Source: Convolutriloba macropyga
Taxonomy: Eukaryota
NCBI RefSeq assembly: GCF_964194025.1
Contig: NC_134468.1
Span: forward strand, 1,488,001-1,552,000
Length of the DNA: 64,000 nucleotides
Direction: 5' to 3'
The notes beneath the pieces are model-generated. The model made no database searches, had not been told where the DNA came from, and saw only the letters and a program-made list of their open reading frames with translations. Shown piece after piece: positions 10,301 through 24,268 of the stretch. Every line of letters begins with the position of its first letter. Positions within the stretch are counted from its first letter, which is position 1. The translations under genes were made by a program, and so were the position numbers.

Positions 10301-13300
10301 ACAATTTTCTTATTCGTCCATTTTTTATTTGATTTAATTTTTGTTTAGTGCTTCTCTGTCAATGATTGGGTAGGTGTCCGTTTGGTAATTCTCTGTTAAT
10401 TTTTGGGTGGTCATTTGATGTACGAGAGAACATAATAACTTTAACTTAGATTAATGGTTCAGACTTCGCATTTAGAATTGTTAGACATCTTTTTTTATAG
10501 AACTTCTCTATTTTTACCGTAATCTCCTTTCCCTTTCCTCAAGTTTCTCTTTACTAAACCCTTTAGGAAGTTGCCTGTCAGTTGTTATAATGCTTTTATA
10601 ATCTCTGAGTCTCAGTCGAAATCAAATTTTCTCAGATGGTATATCAGTTTCTGTCAGTTTTCTCCTATTTTTCCTGTGGTTGTTTCAAAATGCTTATAAT
10701 AATTACGTAGAATGTGCATTACGACAGTGAGGATGGACACTTTTCTATTTCGAGTTCTTTCCGGAATTCTTCGGCTATGTTTTAAGATCTGATTGTACAT
10801 TTTCATGATTTTTGAAGTCAAATTGGAGTGGTGATTTTGGTCACACCGAAACAGCAAATGGAGCAAAAACGCGAGTGGTTTTGCGGTGTGAATTTTTTCA
10901 CTCTAATTTTAAAGTAGAGTGAAAAAGAGTGTTTGAACAAAAAATTGCTTTCTGGCTAGTGGTTTTTTGTTCACATGCGGCAATTTCACATTGATTTTTA
11001 CTGTTTTTTCTATTTTTTGGTTGGAATTTTTTTCAACTGGTTTCCCCAATCCTTTCATAGGTCATTTTTCGCCTAGTTTTCGTTTTAACCAAATTTCTTT
11101 TTCTTGCTAGTAGTTTTCACATGCGGCATTTTGACATTGATTTTTTTCCTTTATTTTTTTGGATATGCGTTAACCAATTCACTCATAGTCCGTTCTAGGT
11201 TTAGTTTTTGTTGAGTCAAAATTCTTTGAATTGTACGTCAGGGTTTTTCCTGCTGTTTTTTTTTTAATTCGCTTTACCTTTTGATCACGTTTTTTGTTTT
11301 ACATAACTCACGATTTTCACGCTTGACTTCTGACTTACTTCACTTATTTTTTCAACTGAATGGACCCTAAATTCTTTCACGCATTGAATAACGTAATATA
11401 ATGAATGCGGTCGATGTCAAAAGAGCAAGATCTAAATTGATAGAAATGGGATAAACCGATAAAAGCCCGGTCATTAAGTCATAGTGCATTAGGTTATCAA
11501 AGTTCATTAGAGCAATTGCTATCTGATATTAGTTTTGAGCGCTCCACACCTTTCAGCTTAGAAGTTGAATTAATTATAGGTTTACAATCTAACTCAAACT
11601 CCAAATGAATTAGAACATTTTTTGAAACTTAGGAAAAAAAATTATGTCAGTTTTGATCTTTTTTCCAGCTTTCTGTTTCAATCGCGATGTGCGTCTAACT
11701 CGTCAACAGTGGTTCTTATCCGGTAATCCGCTGTTTATCTTTTTTAGACAGACAATGTGTTTTGGTTGTAATGTTTGTTTTTGTTGTTGTTTGATCTTGT
11801 TTGCTTTCAGGATTTTTTAAGGTTTTTTAGTGGCTGTTTCCAATTTTTGTTTGATGTTTCGCTCCTGCGTTTTGGATGAGAGACCGATCTAGCAGAGAAA
11901 ACTATAAATTTCTTTTGCTAATTAATTTTTGGAAAAATCTTGAAATGTAAAGATGGCACTTAACATTTAGGAAATTGCCTGTCAGTTGATATAATGCTTT
12001 TCTAATCTATGGGTCTCAGCTGAAATCAAATTTTATCAGATGGTATATCAGTTTCTGTTAGTTAGTTTTCTCCTATTTTTCCTTTGGTTGTTTCAAAATG
12101 CTTATAATAATTACGTAGAATGTGCATTACGACAGTGAGGATGGACACTTTTCTATTTCGAGTTCTTTCCGGAATTCTTCGGCCATGATTCAAGATCTGA
12201 TTGCACATTTTCATGATTTTTGAAGTTAAATTGGAGTGGTGATTTTGGTCACACCGAAACAGCAAATGGAGCGAAAACGCGAGTGGTTTTGCGGTGTGAA
12301 TTTTGTCACTCTAATTTTAAAGTAGTGAAAAGAGTGTTTGAACAAAAAATCGCTTTCTGGCTAGTGGTTTTTTGTTCACATGCGGCAATTTCACATTGAT
12401 TTTTACTGTTTTTTCTATTTTTTGGTTGGAATTTTTTTCAACTGGTTTCCCCAATCCTTTCATAGTTCATTTTTGACCTAGTTTTCGTTTTAACCAAATT
12501 TCTTTTTCTTGCTAGCAGTTTTCACATGCGGCATTTTGACATTGATTTTTTCCTTTATTTTTTTGGATATGCGTTAACCAATTCACTCATAGTCCGTTCT
12601 AGGTTTAGTTTTTGTTGAGTCAAAATTCTTTGAATTGTACGTCAGGGTTTTTCCTGCTGTTTTTTTTAATTCGCTTTACCTTTTGATCACGTTTTTAGTT
12701 TTACATGAGTCACGATTTTCACGCTTTCACTTATTGTTTCAACTGAATGGACCTTAAAGTCTTTCACGTTTTTTTACGTAATATAATGACTGCGTTCGAT
12801 GTCAAAAGAGCAAGATCAAAATTGAAAGAAACGGGATAAACCGATAAAGCCCGTTCATTAAGTCATAGTGCATTAGGTTATCAAAGTTCATTAGAGCAAT
12901 TGCTATCTGATATTAGTTTTGAGCGCTCCACACCTTTCAGCTTAGAAGTTGAATTAATTATAGGTTTACAATCTAACTCAAACTCCAAATGAATTAGAAC
13001 ATTTTTTGAAACTTAGGAAAAAAAATTATGTCAGTTTTGATCTTTTTTTCCAGCTTTCTGTTTCAATCGCGATGTGCGTCTAGCTCGTCGACAGTGGATC
13101 TTATCCGGTAATCCGCTGTTTATCTTTTTTAGACAGACAATGTGTTTTGGTTGTAATGTTTGTTTTTGTTGTTGTTTGATCTTGTTTGCTTTCAGGATTT
13201 TTTAAGGTTTTTTTGTGGCTGTTTCCAATTTTTGTTTGATGTTTCGCTCCTGCGTTTTGGATGATAGACCGATCTAGCAGAGAAAACTATAAATTTCTTT

Positions 13301-16300
13301 TGCTAATTAATTTTTGGAAAAATCTTGAAATGTAAAGATGGCACTTAACATTTAGGAAGTTGCCTGTCAGTTGATATAATGCTTTTCTAATCTATGGGTC
13401 TCAGCTGAAATCAAATTTTATCAGATGGTATATCAGTTTCTGTTAGTTAGTTTTCTCCTATTTTTCCTGTGGTTGTTTCAAAATGCTTATAATAATTACG
13501 TAGAATGTGCATTACGACAGTGAGGATGGACACTTTTCTATTTCCAGTTCTTTCCGGAATTCTTCGGCTATGTTTTAAGATCTGATTGCACATGTTCATG
13601 ATTTTTGAAGTCAAATTGGAGTGGTGATTTTGGTCACACCGAAACAGCAAATGGAGCGAAAACGCGAGTGGTTTTGCGGTGTGAATTTTTTCACTCTAAT
13701 TTTAAAGTAGAGTGAAAAAGAGTGTTTGATTAAAAAATCGCTTTCTGGCTAGTGGTTTTTTGTTCACATGCGGCAATTTCACATTGATTTTTACTGTTTT
13801 TTCTATTTCTTGGTTGGAATTTTTTTCAACTGGTTTCCCCAATCCTTTCATAGGTCATTTTTCGCCTAGTTTTCGTTTTAACCAAATTTCTTTTTCTTGC
13901 TAGTAGTTTTCACATGCGGCATTTTGACATTGATTTTTTTCCTTTATTTTTTTGGATATGCGTTAACCAATTCACTCATAGTCCGTTCTAGGTTTAGTTT
14001 TTGTTGAGTCAAAATTCTTTGAATTGTACGTCAGGGTTTTTTCTGCTGTTTTTTTTAATTCGCTTTACCTTTTGATCACGTTTTTAGTTTTACATGAGTC
14101 ACGATTTTCACGCTTTCACTTATTGTTTCAACTGAATGGACCTTAGTCTTTCACGTTTTTTACGTAATATAATGACTGCGTTCTATGTCAAAAGGGCAAG
14201 ATCAAAATTGAAAGAAACTGTTTCAATCGCGATGTGCGTCTAGCTCGTCAACAGTGGCTCTTATCCGGTTATCCGCTGTTTATCTTTTTTAGACAGACAA
14301 TGTGTTTTGGTTGTAATGTTTGTTTTTGTTGTTGTTTGATCTTGTTTGCTTTCAGGATTTTTTAAGGTTTTTTAGTGGCTGTTTCCAATTTTTGTTTGAT
14401 GTTTCGCTCCTGCGTTTTGGATGAGAGACCGATCTAGCAGAGAAAACTATAAATTTCTTTTGCTAATTAATTTTTGGAAAAATCTTGAAATGTAAAGATG
14501 GCACTTTTCATTCAGGAAGTTGCCTGTCAGTTGTTATAATGCTTTTCTAATCTATGAGTCTCAGCTTAAATCAAATTTTCTCAGATGGTATATCAGTTTC
14601 TGTCTGTTAGTTTTCTCCTATTTTTCCTGTGGTTGTTTCAAAATGCTTATAATAGTTACGTAGAATGTGCATTACGACAGTGAGGATAGCCACTTTTCTA
14701 TTTCGAGTCCTTTCCGGAATTCTTCTGCTATGTTTTAAGATCTGATTACATTTTCATGATTTTTGAAGTCAAAATGGAGTGGTGATTTTGGTCACACCGA
14801 AACAGCAAATGGAGCGAAAACGCGAGTGGTTTTGTGGCGTGAATTTTCGTACTCTAATTTTAAAGTAGAGTAAGAAAACGGTGTCTGAACCAAAAGTCGC
14901 TTTCTGGCTAGTGGCTTTTTGTTCACATGCGGCTATTTCCCTTCGATTTTTTACTGTTTTTTCAATTTTTCGGATTGGATTTTTTTCTTAACTATTTTTC
15001 CAATCCATTCATAGTTCATTCTACGCCTAGTTTATGTTTGAACCAAATTTCTTGTTCTCACTACTGGTTTTTTTTTGTTCACATGCGGCATTTTGACATT
15101 AATTTTCTTTTTAAATTTCTTCGATCTAATTTTTTTGGAAATGCTTTTCCCAATCCACTCTTAGTCCGTTCTAGGTCGTTTTTGTGTAGTCAATGGAACT
15201 TCTTTGAATTGTACCTCAGGACTTGTCATGCTATGTTTTTTTAATTCGCTTTAACTTTTGATCACGTTTTTCGTTTTACATAAGTCACGATTTTCACGCT
15301 CGACTTCTGACATACTTCACTTATTGTTTCAACTGAATGCACCTTAAATTCTTTCACGCATTGAATTACGTAATATAATGAATGCGGTTGATGTCAAGAG
15401 AGCAAGATCTACATTGATAGAAATGGGATAAACCGATAAAGCCCGGTCATTAAGTCATAGTGCATCAGGTTATCAAAGTTCATTAGAGCAATTGCTAGCT
15501 GATATTAGTTTTAGGTTTAACACCTTTCAGCTTAAAAGCTTAATTAGTTACAGGTTTAGAATCTAACTCAAACTGCACAGTGAATTAGAACAATTTTGAA
15601 ACTTAGGAAAAATTTTTGTCAATTTCGATTTTTTTTCTCTTTCAATCGCGATGTGAGTCTAGCGCGTCAACAGCGGATTTGTTCCGGTATTCTGCCGGCT
15701 TTTTTTAAACAGACAATAAGTTTTGGTAGTAATGGTTGTTTTTGTTGTTGTTTGATCTTCGTCTTCTCTCGTAGTCTCATTGATGACTGGTCTCATCATC
15801 CTCTTATGCGGCATTATTTAATTCGTTTTGAGGTTTAAGTTTAAAACTATTTTTTTCTGATCTAAAGCTTCTCGCTCTAGTTTTTCTCGGTTACTGCTTA
15901 GTTAAGAGTTGTTCTATAGTTTTTGTTACTATGAGATGCCACTTTGAATCTAGACATGGCTTTTTTGCACTAATTTCAATTACACAAATTTTTTTTTTGT
16001 TTTTATTGTGGCAGTTTTCAATATTTGTTTGATGTTTCTCTCCTGCGTTTTGGTTGAGTGACCGATCTAGCAAAAGAAGCTATAAAAGTCGTTTGCTAAT
16101 TAATTTTTGGTAAGAATCTCGAAATGTAAAGACGGCATTTTACACTTAAATAAATTAAACATTTTTCTTATTCTTCCAGGTTTTTTGTCTTTCATTTAAT
16201 TGTTGTTTAGTGCTTCTCGGTCAGTTATAGGTTTGGTGTCAAATATAGGTTAGGTTGGAACTTCTCTATTTTGACCGTCATCTCCTTTTCCTCTCCGCGA

Positions 16301-19300
16301 TTTCGTATTTACCAACCCATTTAAGAAGTTGTCTATCAGTTGTTATTTGTTTTCTAATCTATTTGTTTTGCAGGGTCGTCTACCAGTTTTGTTTGGAGTC
16401 TCAACTGAAATCATATTTTTTTTCTGATGTATGTCACTTAATTTTCTCATGATATTTTTCCTGTTGTATCAAAATGCTGAAAATAATTACGTAGAATGTG
16501 CGTTACGACAGTGAGGATGGTCACTTTTCTATTTCGAGTCCTTTCCGGAATTCTTTGGCTAAGTTTTGAGATCTGTTTACTTATTTTCATCATTTTGAAG
16601 TCAAATTTGAGTGGTGATTTTGGTCACACTGAAACAGCAAGTGGAGCGAAAAAGCGAGTGGTTTTGCGGCGTGAATTTTTTCAATCGAATTTTAAAGTAG
16701 AGTGAAAAACGGTGTTTGAACAAAAAATCGCTTTCTGGCTAGTGGTTTTTTGTTCACATGCGGCAATTTCACTTTGATTTTTACTGTTTTTTTTCGGATC
16801 GCATTTTTTCAATTGGTTTCCCCAATCCTTTCATAGTTCATTTTTGGCCTAGTTTTTGTTTTAATCAAATTTCTTTTTCTTGCTAGTAGTTTTCTTCACA
16901 TGCGGCATTTGACATTGATGTTCAATTTTTTCTTTGATTTTTTACGGATATGCGTTTACCAATTCACTATTGTCCGTTCTAGGATTAGTTTTTGTTGAGT
17001 CAAAATTCTTTGAATTATAAGTCAGGGCTTTTCCTGCTGTTTTTTTTAATTCGCTTTACCTTTACGTTTTTAGTTTTACATAAGTCACGATTTTCACGCT
17101 TTATTTCTGACTTAATTCACTTATTTTTTCAACTGAATGGACCTTAAATTCTTTCACGCTTTGATTTACGTAACATAATAATTGCGGTCGATGTCAAAAG
17201 AGCAAGATCAAAATTGAAAGAAACTGGATACACCGATAAAGCCCGGTCATTGTCAAAGTGCATTAGGTTATCAAAGTTCATTAGAGCAATTGCTAGCTTA
17301 TATTAGTTTTAAGCTCAACACCTTTCAGCTTAGAAATTGAATTAATTATAGGTTTAAAATCTAACTCCAAATGAGTTAGAACAATTTTTGAAACTTAGGA
17401 AAAAAAATTGTCAGTTTTGATCTTTTTTTTCAGTTTTTTTCTGTTTCAATCGCGATTCGCGTCTAGCTCGTCGACAGTGGCTCTTATACGGTAATCTGCT
17501 GGCTATGTTTTTTGAACAGACAATGTGTTTTGGTTGTAATGTTTGTTTTTGTTGTTGTTTGATCTTGTTTGGCTTTCAGGATTTTTTAAGGTTTTTTTTG
17601 TGGCAGTTTCCAATTTTCGTTTGATGTTTAGCTCCTGCATTTTGGATGAGGGAACGATCTAGCAGAAGAAACTATAATTTTATTTTGCTAATTATTTTTT
17701 GGAAAAATCTTGAAATGTAAAGATGGCACTTTACACTTAAATAAATTAAACAATTTTCTTATTCTTCCATTTTTTATTTGATTTAATTTTTGTTTAGTGC
17801 TTCTCTGTCAATGATTGGGTAGGTGTCCGTTTGGTAATTCTCGGTTAATTTTTGGGTGGTCATTTGATGTACGAGAGAACATAATAACTTTAACTTAGAT
17901 TAATGGTTCAGACTTCGCATTTAGAATTGTTAGACATCTTTTTTATAGAACTTCTCTGTTTTTACCGTAATCTCCTTTCCCTTTCCTCAAGTTTCTCTTT
18001 ACTAAACCCTTTAGGAAGTTGCCTGTCAGTTGTTATAATGCTTTTATAATCTCTGAGTCTCAGCTGAAATCAAATTTTATCAGATGGTATATCAGTTTCT
18101 GTCAGTTTTCTCCTATTTTTCCTGTGGTTGTTTCAAAATGCTTATAATAATTACGTATACTGTGCCTTACGACAGTGAAGATGGCCACTTTTCTATTTCG
18201 AGTCCTTTCCGGAATTCTTCTGCTATGTTTTAAGATCTGATTACATTTTCATGATTTTTGAAGTCAAAATGGAGTGGTGATTTTGGTCACACCGAAACAG
18301 CAAATGGAGCAAAAACGCGAGTGGTTTTGTGGCGTGAATTTTCTTACTCTAATTTTAAAGTAGAGTAAGAAAACGGTGTCTGAACCAAAAGTCGCTTTCT
18401 GGCTAGTGGCTTTTTGTTCACATGCGGCTATTTCCCTTCGATTTTTTACTGTTTTTTCAATTTTTCGGATTGGATTTTTTTCTTAACTATTTTTCCAATC
18501 CATTCATAGTTCATTCTACGCCTAGTTTTTGTTTGAACCAACTTTCTTGTTCTCGCTACTGGTTTTTTTGTTCACATGTGGCATTTTGACATTAATTTTC
18601 TCTTTCAATTTCTTCGATCTGACTTTTTTGGAAATGCTTTTCCCAATCCAATATTAGTCCGTTCTAGGTTGTTTTTGGGTAGTCAATGGAATTTCTTTGA
18701 ATTGTACCTCAGGACTTTTCATGCTTCGTTTTTTTAATTCGCTTTACCTTTTGATCACGTTTTTTGTTTTTCATAACTCACAATTTTCACGCTTGACTTC
18801 TGACTTACTTCACTTATTTTTTCAACTGAATGGACCCTAAATTCTTTCACGCATTGAATAACGTAATATAACGAATGCGGTCGATGTCAAAAGAGCAAGA
18901 TCTAAATTGATAGAAATGGGATAAACCGATAAAAGCCCGGTCATTAAGTCATAGTGCATTAGGTTATCAAAGTTCATTAGAGCCATTGCTAGCTTATATT
19001 AGTTTTAAGCTCAACACCTTTCAGCTTAGAAATTGAATTAATTATAGGTTTAAAATCTAACTCCAAATGAGTTAGAACAATTTTTGAAACTTAGGAACAA
19101 AAATAATGTCAGTTTTGATCTTTTTTTCAGTTTTTTTCTGTTTCAATCGCGATGTGCGTCTAGCTCATCGCCAGTGGCTCTTATCCGGTAATCTACTGGC
19201 TATGTTTTTTTTAAACAGACAATGTGTTTTGGTTGTAATGTTTGTTTTTGTTGTTTGATCTTGTTTGGCTTTCAGGATTTTTAAAGTTTTTTTTGTGGCA

Positions 19301-21400
19301 GTTTCCAATTTTCGTTTGATGTTTAGCTCCTGCGTTTTGGATGAGGGACCGATCTAGCAGAAGAAACTATAATTTTCTTTTGCTAAATAATCTTTGGAAA
19401 AATCTTGAAATGTAAAGATGGCACTTTACACTTAATCAAATTAAACAAACTCTTATTCTTCCAATTTTTATTTTTATTTAATTTTTGTTTGGTGCTTCTC
19501 TGTCAATAATTGGGTAGGTGTCCGTTTGGTACTTCTCTGTCAATTTTCGGGTGGTCATCTGATGTACGAGAGAAGATAATAACTTTAACTTAGATTAATG
19601 GTTCAGACTTCGCATTTAGAATTATTAGACATCTTTATAGAACTTCTCTATTTTGACCGTAATCTCCTTTCCCTTTCCTCAAGTTTCTCTTCACTAACCC
19701 CTTTAGGAAGTTGCCTGTCAGTTGTTATAATGCTTTTCTAATCTATGAGTCTCAGCTGAAATCAAATTTTATCAGATGGTATATCAGTTTCTGTCAGTTA
19801 GTTTTCTCATATTTTTCTTGTTGTTTCAATATGCTTATAATAATTACATAGAATGTGCATTACGACAGGGAGGATGGCCACTGTTCTATTTCGAGTCCTT
19901 TTCGGAATTCGTCGGCTATGTTTTAAGATCTGATTAAACATTTTCATGATTTTTGAAGTCAGATTAGAGTGGTGATTTTTTTCACACCGAAACAGCAAGT
20001 GGAGCGAAAACGCGAGTGGTTTTACGGCGTGAATTTTTTCACTCTAATTTTAAAGTAGAGTAAGAAAACGGTGTCTGAACCAAAAGTCGTTTTCTGGCTA
20101 GTGGCTTTTTGTTCACGTGCGACAATTTCACTTTGATTTTTACTGTTTTTTATTGTTTTCCCAATCCATCCATAGTTCATTCTACGCCTAGTTTTTGTTT
20201 AAACCAAATTTCTTGTTCTCGCTACTGGTTTTTTTGTTCACATGCGGCATTTCGACATTAATTTTCTTTTTCAATTTCTTCGATCTGATTTTTTTGGAAA
20301 TGCTTTTCCCAATCCACTCTTAGTCCGTTCTAGGTCCAGTTTTTTGTTTAGTGAGAGAAAATTCGAAAATTCTTTGAATTGTACGTCAGGACTTGTCCTG
20401 CTATGTTTTTACAATTCAAAGAATTTGAAATGTATAGGGGGCGCTGTCTTTTTTTTAAGATCAGTTCACACAGTTTCATGATTTTTGAAGTCAAATTGGA
20501 GTAGTGATTTTGGTCACACCGAAACAAGAAGTGGAGCGAAAAGCGATTGCTTTTGTGGCGTGAAATTTATTCGCTCTTATTTTAAAGTAGAGTGAGAAAA
20601 CGGTGTTTGAACAAAAATTCGCTTTCTCGCTAGTGGTGTTTTGTTCACATGCGGAAATTTCACTTTGATTTTTACTGTTTTCTCGATTTTTTGGGATCGG
20701 ATTTTTTTCTAAATGGTTTTCTCAATCCATGCATAGTCCGTTCAAGGTCTAGTTTTCTGTTTAGTCAGTGGAACTTCTTTGAATTGTACCTCAGGACTTG
20801 TCATGCTATGTTTTTTTTAATTGGCTTTACCTTTTGATCACGTTTTTCGTATTACATAAGTCACGATTTTCACGCTTGACTTTGACTTTCTTCACTTATT
20901 TTTTCAACTGAATGGACCTTAAATTCTTTCACGCATTGAATTACGTAATATAGTGAATGCGGTCGATGTCAAAAGAGCAAGATCTAAATTGATAGAAATG
21001 GGATAAACCGATAAAGCCCGGTCATTAAGTCATAGTGCATTAGGTTATCAAAGTTCATTAGAGCAATTGCTAGCTGATATTAGTTTTAGGCTTAACACCT
21101 TTCAGCTTAGAAGCTTAATTAGTTACATGTTTAGAATCTAACTCAAACTGCACAGTGAATTAGAACAATTTTGAAACTTAGGAAAAAGTTTTGTCAATTT
21201 CGATCTTTCTTGTCTGTTTCAATCGCGATGTGAGTCTAGCGCGTCAACGGCGGATATTTTCCGGTATTCTGCCGGTTTTATTTTTTAAACAGACAATAAG
21301 TTTTTGTAGTAATGTTTGTTTTTGTTGTTGTTTGATCTTCTTCGTCTTCTCTCGTAGTCTCATTGATGACTGGTCTCATCATCCTCTTATGCGGCATCAT
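7369..21400. repeat. Complex mosaic satellite, ~9-10 units of 1.2-2.1 kb, strongly T-skewed
   Basis: Marker AAAGCCCG(G/T)TCATT…TGCAT(T/C)AGGTT recurs near 8170, 9980, 11460, 12845, 15440, 17240, 18930 and 21010 (deleted in the unit near 14210). The recurrent short ORFs in the track are repeat artefacts. Confidence 0.9.
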
Positions 21401-21589
21401 TCAATTCATTTCAAATCATTCAATTCATTCAAATCATTCGATTCATTCGTAAATAAACTAATTTCATTCTATTGCAGCTTGATTACAAGCGTTTGTCTTC
21501 TTCATTCATTTATCCGAGTGTTAATAATGAGTTTTAGATTTTATGAAATGAATTGTTGCGTTATCTTAGCTTCACATCGCCAGAATGCA

Positions 21590-21887
21590 ATGCTTGTAAA
21601 GCGGTTTGCGAATCTTTATACACGAATGACGCAAGGAGGAAGACAAGCTGCAGGCTCTAATTTCACAATTTTGGAACCGGAACCTACTGTTGCTCCTGGA
21701 ATTGAAACCTCTAATCCTGTCTTGACTAGGGAAGATATCAGTGAACGGAGAGTAAAATTTGTTCCGCTGTATCGATTTAGACATTTAACCTCTGTGATTG
21801 CGTTTAATAAAATGAAAATAGCAATGACAGCTTTGAGTGTAGTTGGGCTGCCTCCTCTCTCCTATACAATGTACTCTGGCAACCTAT
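21590..21887 (+). CDS. TMEM186: TMEM186 (mitochondrial complex I assembly membrane protein), coding exon 1
   Basis: KFVPLYRFRHLTSVIAFNKMKIAMTALSVVGLPP matches the TMEM186 pattern (YRF…LK..QTALTVVALPP). Basic, acid-free N-terminus resembles a presequence. Start ATG uncertain (21527 and 21548 are also in frame). Confidence 0.8.
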
Positions 21888-22764
21888 GAAAGTTATCATT
21901 TTAAAGGACGTTTTCGTTTTATAAAAAGATTGAAGAGTTCTTATAAACGACGAGTAGACAAAACATACACAGACTGGACTTAATTTCATTCTACAAATAG
22001 TGTGATTTGTTTTGTGGGTCAAAATAGAGTTTCGTTGAACACGGGACTATTTTTTCAGTAACGGTCGGTCTTGTTTGGGACAGTTTTGCTCTGACAAGAT
22101 TATAAACAGGTTAGGTAAACTATTTGCCTAAAACTGATGAAGTTTTCCTTCTCAATAATTTTATTCACACTTTTCTTTCAGCTGACAATTGTAGCTAATC
22201 AAATGTTTGAGTTAATTGTACACGCTATTTCTTATGCAAATTTTTACTGGAAAACCGTTTTTATTGCTCTCGAACGAAGTTTGAAGCAATTATTGTAAAC
22301 GTTTTGGTCTTTTTTATGTGAAATTCTTGTTTAACCGTTACTTGTCAGTGACTTTCACGCCTTTGACTTTTTCATTTTGCGTGATCTAAATGTTTCTTAT
22401 TGACAAATGTCAGAAGCTGAACCCAAGTGGCGGTAGTTCACTACTAAAAATCAAGTAAAAAGAGCGCGGAAAGTGGCGTAATTTTTTTACTTAATTTTTT
22501 TTGTGGTTATAGAGGTATATGGTATCCTCGAATGACGTAATTTGAAGCCCCCTTAGTAGTGAATTCAGTTACCCACTCCCCCCCCCCCCCCCCCAATAAC
22601 CACTAAGCCGGGCGAGGGCTGTAATGGGAAAGTTGCCAAAGATTTACTCAGTGGTCGTTGGAGAAGAGCTAGATTGATTTAGAGGAATTGCAATCAATCC
22701 CAACTTTAAAGGTGTAAGGTACCGATGGTTGATTTTAAAATGATAACTTAGCAATGTACCACAG

Positions 22765-22924
22765 ACTCTTTGGATGATGTGGTGGTCGTTAACTCTTTGG
22801 CTCTATGTTCCTGTGCTCTCTTGTACGCCATGAGTTTATTCACGCGTGGTCTGATCGGATTCATTTACGTGTCTGAATGTGGCAACTGGACCCGCATTGC
22901 TCATCTCACTTTCTGGGGAAACAG
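22765..22924 (+). CDS. TMEM186: TMEM186 coding exon 2
   Basis: CCACAG acceptor. LYAMSLFTRGLIGFIYVSECGNWTRIAHLTFWGNR matches the TMEM186 signature (LVGILY…RVAHLNFWG). Phase-2 GTTTGT donor at 22925. Confidence 0.9.
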
Positions 22925-23797
22925 GTTTGTATTATTTCTAGATGACTATGATGTTTATTTTAGTAATGTTACAAAAGATAATAATAATAATAATAATCGA
23001 AGTTTCTGAATTGCAGACTAAAATACCTTTGTCCAAGTAGAGATTTGATATGCTGCCTAATATTTCAAACCTTGAACTGTCCAAAACGGCTATTATTTAG
23101 GCTGTATCCTGCGAACCAACTTTTTCTGAGCGAGAGAAGCTTTTTGTTCATGCGCTGCATTTAGTGAATGACTTTTAAAAATCACTATAAAAATTCATTA
23201 CGTTTCTTCTGCGAACATCCCTGGGGGTGGAGTACACAATATTAAACTATGCTGGAGTACACAATATTAAACTATTTTGCCTTCGAATTTTGTTTGTTCT
23301 GTTTTGTCTTTTTCGTGATTTTTATCGAAACGATTCTTTTTGGCTGTTTTGTTTTAACGCGTTCATTGATAAGTAAAATGACGGCTAATGCTCAAAGTTT
23401 TCTATGTTTCCACTTGATTACTGTTTTTGTGATATAGAATATTGTTTTACTGAGAAAACTTCAGGAAAATTGATGAAATTTTAAAACTATTTTTGCAGTT
23501 TTTCAATTTTCCTTCGAAATTTTCTATTTGGAAAGTTTTAAGCACCTAAAATGGCTTGTCTTTTGCTTTGCGAGCAGTTTGACTTTCAATTGCATGAATT
23601 TTTTATTGTTAGGTTTACTTTTATTATATAAAGAGGTAATTGACTTTTTCAATTTTTTTAGTTCATCTGGTTTGATTGGTTATTTCTCATTTTTTGACTT
23701 TTATAAGTTTTCTCAGTCGTCTTAGTGGTTTTCACTTTATTCAAATGGTATTTTTTGACCGAGACGACTCTTCGCTTTGTTTCCGGATTTGTTCCGG

Positions 23798-24268
23798 CTG
23801 TTTTTAAATTCGCTTTACCTTTTGATCACGTGTTTCATTTTACGATTTTCACTCTTGACTTCTGACTTACTTCACTCACTGTTTCAACGGAATGAATTTT
23901 AAATTCTTTCACGTATTGTGTTACGTAATGTAGTGAATAATGTCAAAGTTAAAAGAGCAAAATCAAAAGGAATGAGATAAACATATAAAGCACCGTCAAT
24001 AAGTCATAATGCATTTGGTTATCAAAGTTCATTACAGGGATTGCTAGCTGGCATTTGTTTTATGCTTAAAAGCATTCAGTTTAGAAGCTGAATTTTAGTT
24101 TTATTTTAGAATCTAACCGAATATGCAGAATTTACAAACCAAGAACACTTTGACATTTAGAAAAATTTTGTCAATTTCTATCTCTTAAAATTTTTTTCTG
24201 TTTCAATCCCAATGTGCGTCAAGCGGGTCAGGGGCGGCTTTTTTTCCGGAAATTTACCGGCTATGTTT
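23798..24268 (+). repeat. Diverged solo copy of part of the satellite unit, inside TMEM186 intron 2
   Basis: TTCGCTTTACCTTTTGATCACG…GGTTATCAAAGTTCATTA…CTGTTTCAATC is collinear with the array unit. Confidence 0.8.

Noticed and set aside
8330-20837. Recurrent 60-105 aa ORFs in the satellite
   Set aside because: Low-complexity products of T skew; frames are not maintained between units.
21191-21526. N-terminal extension of the 232-aa ORF
   Set aside because: Runs through satellite sequence from a TTG start; only the 3' part is TMEM186.
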